This document shows, piece by piece, positions 28,692-42,656 of a stretch of 64,000 bases of DNA. Position 1 is the stretch's first letter. Each line of letters begins with the position of its first letter. This DNA is from Balamuthia mandrillaris. Lineage: Eukaryota. The notes below the pieces were generated by a model, which was not told where the DNA came from, did no database searches, and worked only from the letters and a program-made list of their open reading frames with translations. The stretch lies in contig JAVKOQ020000007.1 of assembly GCA_031835245.2 (NCBI GenBank), positions 124,001 to 188,000 of the forward strand. The letters run 5' to 3'. A program made the position numbers and the translations under genes.

Positions 28692-29336
28692 ATGACCATT
28701 CGTCAGTCCAACGAGGAAGCGGCGGAGCGCCAAGCGCAGTTCCACCCCACAACCTCAAACCTCAACAACGACCACAGCAACAACAGCAACAACGAGCTCA
28801 TCGTCGTGGTTCCTCTCCTTCCAGAGGAAAGCGTGGCCTCCTCCTCCTCCTCCTCCTATAAGGACTTTCCTACGACGCCCTCAAAAATGTCATCAAAGGC
28901 CACCACCACCACAGTAGAAGAAGAAGCTAAACCAAAGGGTTCTGCTGAGGAAATGTCGAACCTCTCCACTTCCTCCTCCTCCTCCTCGGACACCTTATTC
29001 TACGAGAGAGTGATGAACGAGGGAAGGAAGGTGGACATGGCGGAGATCCTCCGCGACTTTCTCTACCTGGGCAGCATGAAGGCGGCCCGCCAGAGGGAGG
29101 TGCTCAAGTACCTGAAGGCCGTCACCCACGTCTGCAACGTCACCTCCCGCTGCCAGAACTTCTTCCCGCAGGACTTCACCTACAGGACGTTCCGGCTGGA
29201 GGACGTTCCCCAAGCTGACATCGGGCAGTGCTTTGCCCCTGCCATTGAGTTTCTTGGTTTGTTTCTTCTTTGCTTTGTTTCTCCTCTCTTCATCTCGTTC
29301 CCTCTCTCTCTTCTTGCGTCTCTGCTTCTCCACTTC

Positions 29337-29392
<56 letters not shown>

Positions 29393-29986
29393 GTTTTCAG
29401 AGCACATTATAACTCACAACTATGCTTATAAACAAATAAAGACAACGCACGCAAAGCGGGAGGAAGAGTCCTGGTCCACTGTTCAGCGGGCGTTAGTCGC
29501 AGCACGACCCTCGTGCTGGCCTATCTGATGGCGAGGGAGGGAATGACCCTTCGTCAGGCTTTCATCTACGTCAAACGACGGCGGCACGTCGTTCGCCCTA
29601 ACAATGGCTTTCTGATGCAATTGGTTCACTTTGAGAAGACTCTCTTTGGACGAACCTCTATCAAAGAAGATGAGATTGTACGTTCTCTATCCCCTCTCTC
29701 GCTGTCTCTTCATTCTCTCATTATTCGTTTTCCTTCTTGTAATGTTCTTGCTAACCTCAACCCAACCAAAGGCGAATATTACGCAACTCTACAGGTCGAC
29801 ATGGCGGTCGGAAGAGACTCCCGTCCCTCTGTCGCATCGTTCTTCTGCATCTTCGCATTGTTCTTTGACTTTGCAAGCCAACTCTCCTTCTACCTCTGTT
29901 GCTGCTACCTTTACTTCCTCTTCGGCTTCCTCCTTTTCTGCTGTACAAAACCGTCATCCAAAACCCGTTTCTTTTCTTCGGGTATG

Positions 29987-30030
<44 letters not shown>

Positions 30031-30181
30031 TCACGCTAGACTAACCTCTGTTTTCTTACTCTCTCTCTATCCATAGTTTTGTTGGAGTGTTATATTTTTG
30101 GTGTGTTGTTACATGTTCAGCGTGGTGGAAGGCCAGTTCTACTATATTTGGCGGCGCAACAATCTCTCTGCTCTCTTCTGA
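28692..30181 (+). CDS. Dual-specificity phosphatase with hydrophobic C-terminal segments
   Basis: FLYLGS, VLVHCSAGVSRS (HCX5R) and AYLM..RPNNGFLMQL. Confidence 0.9.
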
Positions 30182-30211
30182 AACCAATAACAACAAGGTT
30201 GAAACACACAT

Positions 30212-30669
30212 TTATTGTTGAAAGAGGTCGGCATGTTCCAAGAGGTAAGCTTTCAGTTTGTCGAGAGCTTTTCTGCGGTGAGAAATGCTGTTCTTTGTTT
30301 CTTTTGGCATCTCCGCAAAACTGGTTTGTGAGAGTGAGCAAAAGAGGGAAGGAAGGAAAGAGAAAGACAAGAAAGAAAGAAACGAGAGGTGTACGTTTGG
30401 TCGAAGCCAGCTGGCTCAAAGACAGGATCCCATCCAAAGTTGGTCGGGCCGCGTGCTGGCACTATGCGACCCTGTTGGTTGAAAAATGATTTAGAAAGAA
30501 CAAACGGACACCAGAAAGAGTAAGGAGAGGTCGGACAGCGAAGCAAAGGGTAAGAGCGTACCTCCGTTCTGCCCTCAAAGACAATGGGGGTGGAATCCGG
30601 AGAAGCGCTGAAGGAGAATGTGCAAAGAGCATACGCCTTTTGGAAGACACGAAAAAGGTTAGAAAAGCT

Positions 30670-30700
<31 letters not shown>

Positions 30701-30832
30701 AGGAGCGCGTACGGTTTTATCTTCGTAAGGCTCGAGCATCTTGTTGAGACCTTCGTGGCCCAACTTGCCCAAGAACCATTTGCTGCAAGCAACCAAAGAG
30801 AGGGTTCGTTAAGAGAAGACAACATATAGGGC

Positions 30833-30870
<38 letters not shown>

Positions 30871-31503
30871 AGCGAAGGGAGAGAACTAGGAAAAGAGAGC
30901 ATGCGGGAGTGAACGAACATGTAAGGCCCGGGAAGACCCTTGAGAGCGTTGAAGCACAAGCATGTGTCCTCCACGATCACTGGGCCTTTGATCTGCCGAG
31001 TCGAAACAAAGCAAAAAAAAAAAAAAAAAAAGAAGTGCTGGCGAAGTCAGGGCAAGCCTACAAGAAGAAGAAGAGAAGCAAGACAAAAAGGAAGTCTTCC
31101 GTACAGTTTCAACGGCGATCTTGCACTTCTCCACAGAGATCTCCTCAGGCTCTCCCTGTAACTCTGGCACTGTTGTTGAACAGCAGAAAACGACAAAAAA
31201 AAGAGGCTCCAGTAAGTATCAACAGAGAAGAGAGAGAAGAGAGAAGAACGTCTTGTGTGACATACGATCAATGTTTCTGGACTCTATGGGGATGTTGACC
31301 TCTTCCAAGATGGCCTTCACCTCGGCCAATTTGTTGGCGTTGCCGGTGACAAAGATGAGCGGCTTTGCGGAGGAGGAAGACATGGCGGTGGAGCGATAGG
31401 ACCGTGAAGCAGGGAGGAACCAAGACGGAGAAGAAGGTTTGCCGAGGAGAAAGGGCTTCGCCGAAGCTTGCTGCTGCGCTCTTCGTTTCACCAAGGCGAA
31501 CAT
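30212..31503 (-). CDS. ITPA: Inosine triphosphate pyrophosphatase (HAM1 family); upstream ATG may add a mitochondrial presequence (alternative start 31383)
   Basis: [45 protein letters not shown] and ISHR. Confidence 0.93.
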
Positions 31504-31604
31504 TCAGCACCTTTTGTGCACCAATGTTACTGTAGTTGACCAACATTGATGTAGAGTTGTCGACATAAATAAAACTGTCGACAAATTTCAACCGTCGACA
31601 GCTT

Positions 31605-31683
31605 TTCAGGAATGGAGCAGAAGTATTACAGTAGTTGTTCAGGAATGGAGCAGGAGTATTACAGTATTTGTTCAGGAAGGGAG
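31605..31683. repeat. 33-bp tandem repeat (~2.4 copies) in the ITPA/SSRP1 divergent promoter
   Basis: TTCAGGAATGGAGCAGRAGTATTACAGTAKTTG units start at 31605 and 31638, with a partial copy at 31671. Confidence 0.85.
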
Positions 31684-31945
31684 TCGCTATGATTGAGGGG
31701 TATTCCTTTAGAAAAAGGCGGGAAAAAAGAAAACCGAAAAAAAAAATCAGTAGAGAAAGGCACGAAGCGGCTCCTTGCCCTCTCTGCTACACTTTGTCCG
31801 ACTCTGCTGCTTCTCCTTGTCCCCCTTCCCCCCTTTCTTTTCTCCTTCGCGCTCGCTTCTTGTGCGGAAAGAAACGAGCGAACGTGTGAGCAGAAGAGAG
31901 AGAAAAAAAACAACAACAACAAAAAAAACAAAGAACGCAACAACG

Positions 31946-34457
31946 ATGGAACTGAACGACACACTTCAGTTTGGAGAAATCACGTTAGCTGATAATCCCA
32001 ACGTAAGTTTTTTTTTAAAAAAACAAATTATTTGATGGCTTTTTTGCAGAGAATGGATTTTGATGGTTCTTGCTCTTTTCTTTCACGCTAAAAGGGATCT
32101 GGCACGTTGAAGATCAATCCGAAAGGTTTGGGCTGGCGGACAAAGGCTGGGCGAACGGTTGGCGTCATCGGCACTGAGGTAAAGAAGGTGGAGTGGATTA
32201 ACGCTGGCATTGGTTATCAGCTCAAAGTGAGCACTAAGGAAGGTCCTCCTGTTAGACTGGCTGGCTTTCGTGATAGGGTACATTCAGCCTCTCTAGCTTC
32301 TCTACTTCTCTCTCTCTCTCTCTCTCTCTCTCTTACCGTTTCTTCCTTTCTTGTTGTCTTCTTCTCTCCTCGTTATTCATCTTCTCATCGTGCCATACAA
32401 ACAAAAAGGACTATGAGCCATTGCGTTCGTTCTTTGACCGCCACTTTCGCTTGGAGCTGCAGAAAGTGGAGCTTTCCACCAAAGGATGGAATTGGGGCGA
32501 GACGGAGCTGAAACGTTAGTACTTTTCATTTTTGTCGTATCATTTGTTGGTGTTTGTTGTTCTTATTTTCTGGTGTTACTTTGCGTTGACTCCTTTCCAA
32601 ACAAACAAAAAGGGGATACCACGTTGCTCTTTCGAGTGGCTGGTGCTCCTGCCTTTGAAATTCCTCTGAAGAACGTTGCTCAATGCGTTCTTCACAACAA
32701 AAATGAGGTCTCTCTAGAGTTCCATCAAGATGATACCACTATCTCTCCTGATGTATGGCTTCTCTCTTTCTCTCTCGCTCATGTTTTCTTTTATTGACTT
32801 CTTAGCTTTACAGACAGAAGCTCTCGTTGAAATAAGATTCAACTTACCTGCTGCTAAAGATGAAGAAGGCGGAGCAGCAGTATGTGTTTTCAATTTCTCT
32901 TCTTTTTGTCTTCCCATCAACACTCACAGTTCATTTTGTGTTTCAGGATTTTCACAAGAAAATATTACGAGTGGCGGATGTTGCCCCAACAGCGGGTGGA
33001 GGACTCCTTGTATTTAAAGACGTGGCGGTGCTCACTCCTCGTGGCCGTTACGACGTGGAAATGTATTCCTCGTTTTTGCGGCTGCACGGTAAAACCTATG
33101 ACTACAAGATCCTCTTTTCCAGCATTTATCGCCTCTTTGAACTACCCAAACCTGATAATAAGCATGTGTGCTTTGTTGTACGTTCTTTCGTCCTTTTTTT
33201 CTTATGCTACTCTCTTCTCGGTTCTCATTTTCAAAAAATCTTTTCTTCTTCCGTCTGCTTCCATCTAAAATAACAATCAAACAGATAAGTTTGGATCCAC
33301 CCATTCGCCAAGGCAATACATTCTATCACCATCTCGTCCTGCAATTCTCCAAAGAACAGAAGACCTCTCTTGAAGTGAACATGGCTGAACTCGAGGCAAC
33401 CACCAACAAAAACAAATCTTCCTCTTCTGCTTCCTCTTCTTCTGGCAGCAAGCTTCAAGAAAATATGAGCGGCAAGACTTACAAACTATTTCGTCGAGTA
33501 TTTCGTGAGCTCGTCCAAATCAAGTTCACTACTCCGGGCACCTTCTCCTCCTACAACGAGAGCTTTGCGGTGAAGTGCTCCGTCAAGGCCAACGATGGCT
33601 ACCTCTTCCCCCTGGAGAGCAGCTTCTTCTTTATCCACAAGCCTCCTACTTTTGTGCGTTACTCGGAGGTTAGCATGGTGGAGTTCTCTCGCGTGAGCAG
33701 CGGCTTGGGCGCGGGTGCGGGCGCAGTGAGCAATCGAACGTTTGACTTGATCGTTAACTTGAAGGCCGGAGGAGATGTACAATTTACTGGCATTCAGCGG
33801 AACGAGTTCAAGGGCCTGTTTCAGTTTATTCACAAGAAAGGCATGCCAGTCAAGAAGATAACGGATATTAATGATGCATCGAGGGGGCAGGTCGTGGAGG
33901 GAGAGAGCAGCGCTGCCGTCCAACTGGATGATGAGGATGAGGACTCTGAGGAAGCCGCTGATGGTTTGTTTCTTTGTTGTTTTCTTTTTCTTCTTGCTTC
34001 TGCTTCTTCTGGTTGGAATGTGCTGCTTTCCATTTCTTTTTGTTATCATCTTTTCTTATTTCTATTTTTTTCCTTCGTCACCTTAGACGACTTTGTGGCA
34101 GGAGATGAAGAGGGAGAAGTGCCGGAAGAATACGACGAGATGGGGGCCGAACCTTTGGAAGAAGAAATCGGTCTTCTCTCTGGCGAAGAAGACGAAGAAG
34201 AAGAAGAAGAGGAAGAAGATGAAGAAAACGAAGAAAAGGAAGATGGAAAACAAAAGAGAAAGAAACGAAAGACTCCTTCTACTCCTACTTCCAACAAATC
34301 CGAAAAGCCATCAAAGTCTTCTTCAACAAAGAGCCAGAAGAAGAAAGACGATAAATATGGTTCCGAGGAAGAGAGCGACAGCGGAAGCGAAGCGGAAGCC
34401 AAAGAACGTTCTCAAAAGAGGCAGAAAACCACTTCATCCAAAACGGGAGATAAGTAA
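31946..34457 (+). CDS. SSRP1: FACT complex subunit SSRP1/Pob3 (no HMG box seen)
   Basis: KGWNWG, TPRGRYDVEMY..FLRLHGKTYDYKI, LDPPIRQGNTFY, KCSVKANDGYLFPLE..FFIHKPP and an acidic tail. Confidence 0.95.
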
Positions 34458-34607
34458 GTGAACGTGTGGGCATTTTTTTTTTCATGAAGATGAAAAAAAC
34501 AACGCAGTGTGAAAGAATTACAATACACTCAACTTTTTTTTTTGGAATGGATTTACAAAATCGGAATAAACAAAAGAAGAGAGAGATAAAAATACGGAAT
34601 GGCGCAA

Positions 34608-37600
34608 TCACAAGACGCTCTCTTCTCTGGCGTCAGGGACAGAGGTGGCAGTTTGTTGATCTTCAACAGCAGAAGAAGTGGGGTGCTCCAAATGAAAGAT
34701 GGCGTCTTCGTCGTTTTCCTTTGCTTTGGCTTGTTGGCGGAGTGATTGCGCTTCTTCGTCTTCTTCTTGTTCATCGGAGGAGAAAGCGCGAAGCATTGCT
34801 TTGGCTTCTTCCTCTCGCAGCCATTCTTCTCTTTGTTGAGCCAGCTCTTGCATGAGCGCCCATTCTTCGTCGTCCTCGTCTTCTTCCTCCTCATCATCTT
34901 GTTTGTTGCTATCTTCTGTCTCTTCGCTTGCATCGTCTTCTTTTTCTTTCCCCTTTTCCTTGGCTGAAGTCTCTTCTTCCAATACGCTGGCAACAGGCCG
35001 GACGGTTTCGTCTTGTTCCTGTTTTTCCTCTTTTTCTTTTTCCTTCTCCTCCGGAGGAGTAGAAGTCAAAGGAGGAGAGGAAGCAGTTTTGTTGCTGTGA
35101 ACAATCGTATTCAAAGAAGAGGAATAGCTGTTCAAGTTGGCAGATACTCTCCTTCCAGGGGTTCGCGGAGTTCGCGGAGTCAACATCCGTTCAGCATGAG
35201 CTTCAATGATGTCTTGAGCCAGTTGGGCCTGTTTGACCAGTCCTTCGTTCATCCACGCCAAGCTCACCATTACCGATCTTCTCTTCTGTTGGTTCAGCGC
35301 TGTTTTGCTCAACTGTCGCTTCAATTCTTTGTCATCCTCCCGTTTTTCTGCATCAACAACGTCACTCCCTTCTTTCTCGCTTTTATTTGCGGTTGTGGGA
35401 TCTATTTCCCTCTCTGCGGCTGTTCGGATGGAAGGAGATGAGGCAGAGGACTTGATGCGAATGGAAGAAGAAGGACTGCTGTTGTTGCTTCCCAGCATCA
35501 TTATCTTGTTCCTCTCCTTCAACAACACTTGATCAGCATCGCTGTTCCGTCGACTTCTTCTGCCACTAGGCGTTCTAGGCGTTCGTGGTGTGCTTAAGCT
35601 TCCTTCTTCCTCCTCCCAAGCATCCGTTCGAGGGGAGTAAGAGGAGTCGGTATCAGCTTCTTCGGCTCCTGAACTTGCTGCTCCACTGTTGGTGTTCTTC
35701 AAGTTTAACAACGGATTGAGGAAGAGAGTGGGCACTTCCTCTTTCTTCTTTGAATCTTTCTTGTTTTGACTTCGGCCAAAAGTGTTTCCATTTCGTATCT
35801 TGTCTCGTATCTTGGAGCCACCTCCTCCACTGGACTTACCGCGAGAGCCGTCAGAAGAGCTGTTGTTCTTGCGACGAGGATAGGCGGTTGTGGAGAGAGC
35901 GTAGAGGATGTCTTGATCCTCGATGTACTCCAAAGAGCGATAGAAGTTGACAGCCAATGGATTACTTAGTTTTGAGAGGGAGAACGTCAAAAACTGGAGA
36001 TAAAGATACAAAAAAAGCAAGAAAATAACAAAACGAAAACGAAAAAGAAAGAGAAACGAGAAGAGATAAAGAAGAGAGATGGTAAAGAGCAGAGAAAGAA
36101 ACTTACCGAACAATATTGAAAGGAATGTTCTGCAATTGTTTGATCTCAACAATTTGGTTCCAACGTTGCTGCAACAACTTATTATTTATGGTACCATCGT
36201 GATTGTACTTTGGATTGGCGTCATCTATGAAGGTGAAGTTGCGAAGGTACAAACCAAAGTAAGGTATGCACGGCTCTTGAGCTGCAATTCGCTTCTGAAG
36301 AGCGCTGCTGTAGTTGCGATAGTTGTGGTTGGGGTCCATTGTGTCTTGCATTTGTGCGTAGACTGTTAAAGGCTTTGTTCCTAGCTTTTTCCATGCATCC
36401 TTTTTTTTGTGGTCGTGAGAAAAAACAGAATACTAGAGAAGGAACAAGTGACCAGAATAAAGGAACCAATCAAAAAATAAAGAGGATAGAAAGGAGAAAA
36501 TAAAGGTGAAAGTGACAACAAAAGAGAAGGAAAGTATACCTCTAAGCGATAGATAGGACTAGAAGCTAATGCACTTAGGATTTGCATCATTGTGTTAAAG
36601 TTGCCTAAGTTGAGACAACAGAATGCTATCTTTATAAATCGTTTCAGTAGACTCGCTTTGTCCTTCGTTTTTTGCAATTTGTGAAGAAAAAAAATATCGT
36701 CAGGGGATATAGAGGAGAAAAGTAAACGAAACGTTCCACAAGAAAGACAAGAAAGAAACCTTGTTCCCTTTGGTAAGAATTTGAGTGGCCACCCAATAGC
36801 TGACATGATTGAAGTGATCTATGAGCTTGCAAATATTTGGAGCTCGTTTCTGTTTGTCATCCTTTTGCCAAGCGTGGTTTAAGAACTCTCTCGGCTCCAC
36901 TGCTGAGAACAACTCCCATTCCAACATTGTCATGTCTTTTGCTATCGAGTGGGCTTGGAGATGAAGTTAGGGAAAGTCAGTCCCAGGAAGAGGAAGCAAA
37001 AAAAGGCGAAAGCGAAGAAGAACAAGAACAACAATAGAGGATACGAACTTGATTGAACTTCCCAGCTAAATCCAGTAGCCAAGCCTCTGCTAAACGAGCT
37101 TGTTCTCTTAAACTCTGCATACTGCTCCTCACTAAAGTCATCATCGCTCGAAGTGAGCGCCACTTCTTCTCTCACCAATTTGTCTTTTCTGTTGTTCTTG
37201 AGAGAGTTGTTGGCGCTATGCCTTCCGGTTTCTTTCTGCTGTTTCCGCTTTGTCTTCCACGTTTTGTGGGATGGAAAAGAGCCGCTATGAGAAAACGCTT
37301 TTTCGGTAGAAGCCACTGTAACGGCGCGAACGCGAGAGTTGGTCGCTTGTATAAAGTTTTTGGTGTTCTTCTTGTTTTTGAGGAAGAGCAACTTGAACTC
37401 GTTGACGATGCCACCACTTTTCTTGTCTTTGCCTAGAAGCTCAAGAAAACGGGTATGATAGTGAGGAGGAACGTCAACTGGAAACTCTTTGATCCATTCG
37501 TGCAAAAATTCACGTAATCTATTTTTTAAGGTTAAGAACGAGAGGAAACTGAAAACGAACAAGAAAGGAACGAAAAGAAACATACTGCGATTCATCGGAA

Positions 37601-38036
37601 CTAGTGTTACTTCCACTTGCTTTGATGCCAAGGAGTTTAAGCGCTTTTGGTTGATCACAGTCTTCTTGTTTTGTACCTTTATACCTTTATTTTAAGGACA
37701 GTTGAAAGAAGGGTTGTTACTCATAAAGAAGGAAATAAAGTACAAAAGAAAGAGGAGAAAGAGGCGTACTCAGAAATCCAAAACTCACAAAGAGTGATTT
37801 CGGGCGTTTCATAGTCAGGAAGGCTGAGAAGAAAAGCCTTTTGTTCATCTTGTAAAAGAAAAGAAATAAAAACATTGAGCTCACAACAAAATAAAACAAC
37901 AAAACGAGAGAAACAAACCAGTTCTTTTGGAGAACATCACGAGCCGAGCAGCTCGACGAAAGGCCTCCTCTTTCGAGCAACTGGTTCCGTCGTTCTCTTC
38001 ATTCCCTTTCGCCTGTTGCGCTTTGTCTCTGGTCAT
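34608..38036 (-). CDS. RasGEF (CDC25-domain) protein, multi-exon
   Basis: APNICKLIDHFNHVSYWVATQIL, LGNFNTMMQILSALASSPIYRL, NYRNY and PCIPYFGLYL. Confidence 0.9.
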
Positions 38037-38521
38037 GTTACGCGTTATACGAGTAGAAACGTTCCAACAAAATGGCTAAAAGAGAGACCCAAGCGATTCT
38101 CTTCTGCCTCCTCCTGCAGGCGAAAAACGGAACCAGGCAGGAGTGTACCTCTTTACTCAGTTTTTTTTCCTGTTCACTTTGCACAACAACAACAACAAAA
38201 GAAACTCCCAAAACAAAAAAAACCTTTCGAGCCAACAATGTATCTGCAGTAATGGTAGGTAATGTCGGGGTCGGGGGTGCCTGGTAGCCCATAGTACCGC
38301 CAAAAGGCTTAATATTCCACCAATAGAGAAAGGCGGTAATTAATTATGAGATAATTCATATTCTGTTGCTGTGGTAATTATTAGCCAATCGCCACTCTGT
38401 TTTTCGTTAGTAACGCTCGCGATGTTTCAAACAAAAAAGATCATCCAAGCCAAAAAAGAGAGACTAAAAACTGGAATAACAAGAAAGGACGTAAAGAAAA
38501 CGGAAGATGTTTGTTGGGTTT

Positions 38522-40076
38522 TTAGTCATGTGTCCATTTCACATCTTTTCTCTTTTCAACGAAAGCTTTCATGCCTTCCTTTTGATCGTTCTGGTTTGAT
38601 TGTTAAAAAATACCTAAGCAACAAAGAAAGAAAGAAACAAAAAGAACAAGACTGAATGAGCAACGAAACAAGAGCAGAAACGTACGGTGGCAAATGTGCT
38701 GTGGAACATCCTTCGCTCGAAGTGAACGCCCTCCGTGAGTGTTGATTCATAGGCTTGGTTCACACATTCTTTCGCCATCGCCACTGCAAAAGCAAGCAAA
38801 AGTTTTTTTTTTTGAGAACCAAAACGATAGTAATACGAAAAGAAAGTGCACAGAGTAGAGAAGAGAAATGAAGAGGAAGAAGGAACCGATGGGCTGGGAG
38901 TAAGAGGCAATCTTGGCAGCAGTTTGGAGGGCCGTATCCAAAAGCTTATCATCAGGTACCACTCTGCTCACCAGTCCTTGATTTCATGCAAAAGTTAGAC
39001 ACCGGTCGTTACAAACAAACAGAAAAACGAGACTAAGCAAACCAGCTTTCTCAGCCTCACGAGCATTCATAAAGTCGCCAGTCAAGATCAACTCCATGGC
39101 CTTGGCCTTGCCGACGGCCCTCGTGAGCCTTTGCGTGCCGCCCACGCCAGGGATGGTTCCCAGCTTGATCTCTGGCTGGCCAAAGGTGGCCCCCTCTCCG
39201 GCGATGATAAAGTCGCACATCATGGCCAGCTCGCAGCCGCCGCCGAGCGCGTAGCCATTGACGGCGGCAATGATCGGCTTCTTGGCCTTGGTGATGAGGT
39301 CCCAGGTGGCGAACATGTTGGTGCGGTAGACCTCCATGAAGCTCTTTTCGGCCATCTCCTTGATGTCAGCGCCAGCGGCGAAGGCCTTGGGGGTGCTGCC
39401 GGTGAGCACGATGCAGCCGACCTCGCGGTCGTGGTCCAACTGGTGGACGGCGTGGTTGAGCTCCTCGATGAGGTCGTTACAGAGGGCGTTGAGGGCTTTG
39501 GGGCGGTTCAGCGTGATGACGGCCACTCTGTTTTCCTTCTTTTCCACCACTATGTTGTTGTAGCTTTGGCCTATTTTGTTTGTTTTTGTTAGTTTGTCGA
39601 TGAGAGCGGAGAGCAAGAAGAAAGAGGAAGAAAAGAGGACTAGGAAAAACAGGAGAGAGAAGGAAGAAGATGTTACCAGTGGCAGAAGATGTAGCAGCCT
39701 GTTCAGTTGCATAGTCTGTAAACAGAGAGAGCAGAGGAGAGAGTAGTGAGAATGAGAGAGAGCAAAGAGAGAAGAGAGCAGAGAGCAGAGAGCAGAGGAA
39801 CAACTAAATATTTGCTTTGCAACAACTAACGCAGAGAAAGAGAGTAGAGAAAAGAGATCGCTTACGTCGAGCAGCAACGAAGGGGGGCAAGCGGTGAGCG
39901 GCACCCATGTCCGAGGCTTTAGCCAGAACGAAAAGACTACGGGAAGAAGAGCAATAGGCAGGAACAGCAGCCCTTCTCAAGCACGAGGCCCTCCAACCCG
40001 CAGTGGCACGACGAAGACCCAACGCGGTGGAAGAGGAACGCACTGCACCGCCTAAACTCGCTCTGCTGCTTTGCAT
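38522..40076 (-). CDS. ECHS1: Mitochondrial short-chain enoyl-CoA hydratase
   Basis: [42 protein letters not shown] and [13 protein letters not shown], plus an Arg/Ser-rich presequence. Confidence 0.93.
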
Positions 40077-40209
40077 CTTTCTTTCTTTCCGAATAAACTA
40101 TTTGTGAATAAACTTTTTTTATTCACAAAATTTGTTGAAATTTTACCTATAAATTAAATTTTTTCGATTTTTTGGATGATAATTCGGAATATTTTGAAAT
40201 TTTATTACG

Positions 40210-41856
40210 TCAGCTTCTTACAAATATGTAGAAAACTGATGTCATATTCACATAGCAGCTGCACTGCGAGGAGGAGGAGGAGAAGAAGAACAAGAACAAG
40301 AACAAGAAGAAGAAGAAGAACAAGAACAAGAACAACAAGAACAAGAACAACAAGAAGAATAACAAGAAGAACAAGACAAAGAAGAACAAGAACAAGAACA
40401 AGAACAAGAACAAGAACAAGAACAAGAACAAGAACAAGAACAAGAAGAAGAAGAGCAAGAAGAAGAAGAAGAAGAAGAAGAAGAAGAAGAAGAAGAAGAA
40501 GAAGAAGAAGAACAAGAAGAAGAAGAAGAAGAAGAACAAGAACAAGAACAAGAACAAGAAGACAAACAATGCAAGAGATACTTTATAATTCTTGACCCTG
40601 CGAAGGAGAATACTCCCAAAGGATTTGTTCAGGAGGAACGGTAGATGTCCTGCCGACCGACGTGAACAACACAAAGTCGATGCAAACAAACATCACGTAC
40701 TTATCCCAGCCCCCAAACGATTTCACATTCAAGAAGAAACATAATGGTTCCATTCCCTCTTCATTTGCTCCTTTCCTGTTTGGCAACGATGAAGAAAGAG
40801 AAGACGAGGAAGAAGACGAAGCAGCAGCAGCAAGATGCATGCAGTAAAGGATTTCCTGAACAGTTTCCTGACATTGAAAGAGGTTGAACAACAAAGTCTC
40901 GGCAGCTGTGCTGGAGACTTGCATCCAACGGGCGTTTGTGGTGTTGGGCGAGTAAGAGGGATAGCTCAAACGAACGGCTTCGCAAAAGACCCCTTGCAGC
41001 AAACGAAGAAGAGGGAGAAAGTGATGGTGTTGCTGTCGGTCGTTGTAAAGCTGGATGAGAGAGGAGAGTTGCATCTCCTCGATGAAATGAGACCGGTTGG
41101 CAAAGTGGAGGCAAATGGTGTCGATGATGTACCATTGCTGACACACTGCTTTGAGATGAGCTTTTACGGACGGAAAGCCTGTTCGAGCGTTTGTAAGTTT
41201 AAAGCAATAGGAAACGAGGAAGGAGAGGAAAGGAAAGGAAGGAAGTGTCAAGAAAGAAAGCATGAAAAGAAAGAAACAACAACAAGGAAAGAAGGAGAAA
41301 GCGTTACCGTCAGGACGAATGGTGGTTGCACGAAGTGCAAGTTTGGCGTCTAGAACGCGCTTCCACAAGAGGTCATCACACGACAACTGGTACCAACGAC
41401 GACACACCAAGGAGACGGCCTTCAAATGCTTTTCCCGAAGGTAGGAGAAGATGAGAACGGTCACCTCTTCTGGGAGATTCGTCATAAAGTCCAACTTTCG
41501 AATGCATTTGCTGGCCTCTAGCACCTCTGCTATCTCTTTGCAATCAGGATATAACTGGTTGTTGTTAAGTTGGTCAGCTGAATGATAAGGACAGGAAGAA
41601 GAAGACGAAGGAGAAGCAGAAGCAGAAGCAGAAGCAGAAGCAGAAGCAGAAGCAGAAGCAGAAGCAGAAGCAGAAGAAGAAGAAGAAGAAGAAGAACAAG
41701 AACAAGAACAAAAACAAGAAGAAGAAGAAGAACAAGAACAACAACAAGAACAAGAAGAAGAACAAGAACAAGAACAAGAACAAGAAGAAGAACAAGAAGA
41801 AGAAGAACAAGAACAAGAAGAACAAGAAGAAGAAGAACAACAACAAGAACAAGAAC

Positions 41857-41887
<31 letters not shown>

Positions 41888-42656
41888 ACGAGAAGGAGAA
41901 GAACAAGAAGCAAGAAGAGGAAGAGGAACAAGAACAAGAAGAACAAGAAGGAGAAGGAAACAAACTTGTTTGCCAGCAGCCAACGTGTCAAATGCTTGTT
42001 GATAGAGGCAGAGGCGTGTGTTTTCAGTAGAGCCTTTTCTTGCAGGTACCACATACGGCTTTTCTTGTTCCCTCTTCACCGACATTCAAAAAAAGTATTA
42101 GAGAAGAAGCAGCAAGAAGAAGAACAAGAACAAGAAGAAGAACCTGTTGAGCAAGACCAATGTAAGCCTTTCCAAGCAACACATAATACCTGCTCCTTCC
42201 TTCGCTTCCACCCTCGCTCTTCTCCTCCTCCTCCTCTTCTTCTTCCGCGTTCAAGGCCAAGCCGTCCTCCACCGCCCTCTCGAACTGCCTCGAGCGGAGG
42301 CGCAGCTCGCACCGCAGCGCCAAGAACGTCCGCCGCCGCTGCGGCCAGCGCTGCAGGGCCTCCGTGCAAAGGGCGAGGGCGGAGAAGCAGTCCCCCTCCG
42401 CGCAAAGCGAGCGGACGGCTTGCTCGGCAGCGTTCGGGTCGTTCGTCCTGCTGCGCTCTGCTTCTTCATCTTCTTCTTGTTGTTGTTGTTGCGTGGTGTT
42501 CTTCTTTCGTTTCTTTTGTTCTCTCCTTTTGGACTTTGTTTTTGATGCAGAGGAAGGAGGAGAAGAAGAAGAGGAAGAAGAAGAAGAAGAGGAAGAGGAG
42601 GAAGGGGAAGGAGAAGAAGAGGCAGAGGAAGAGGAAGAGGAAGAAGAGTGTTCCAT
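40210..42656 (-). CDS. TPR + F-box protein, multi-exon
   Basis: TPR-like GDCFSALALCTEALQ..RCELRLRSRQFERAVEDG and F-box LPEEVTVLIFSYL..VSLVCRRWYQLSCDDLLWK. Confidence 0.75.
40265..40560. repeat. (AAG/AAC)n intronic microsatellite
   Basis: Continuous GAA/CAA triplets. Confidence 0.9.
41595..41960. repeat. (GCAGAA)n/(AAG/AAC)n intronic microsatellite
   Basis: Continuous simple repeats. Confidence 0.9.

Noticed and set aside
31605..31683. CRISPR-like array, and an AAGTATTAC circovirus-type nonamer in the repeat
   Set aside because: Units are head-to-tail with no unique spacers, no cas genes and a eukaryotic context. The nonamer has no flanking stem or nearby Rep.
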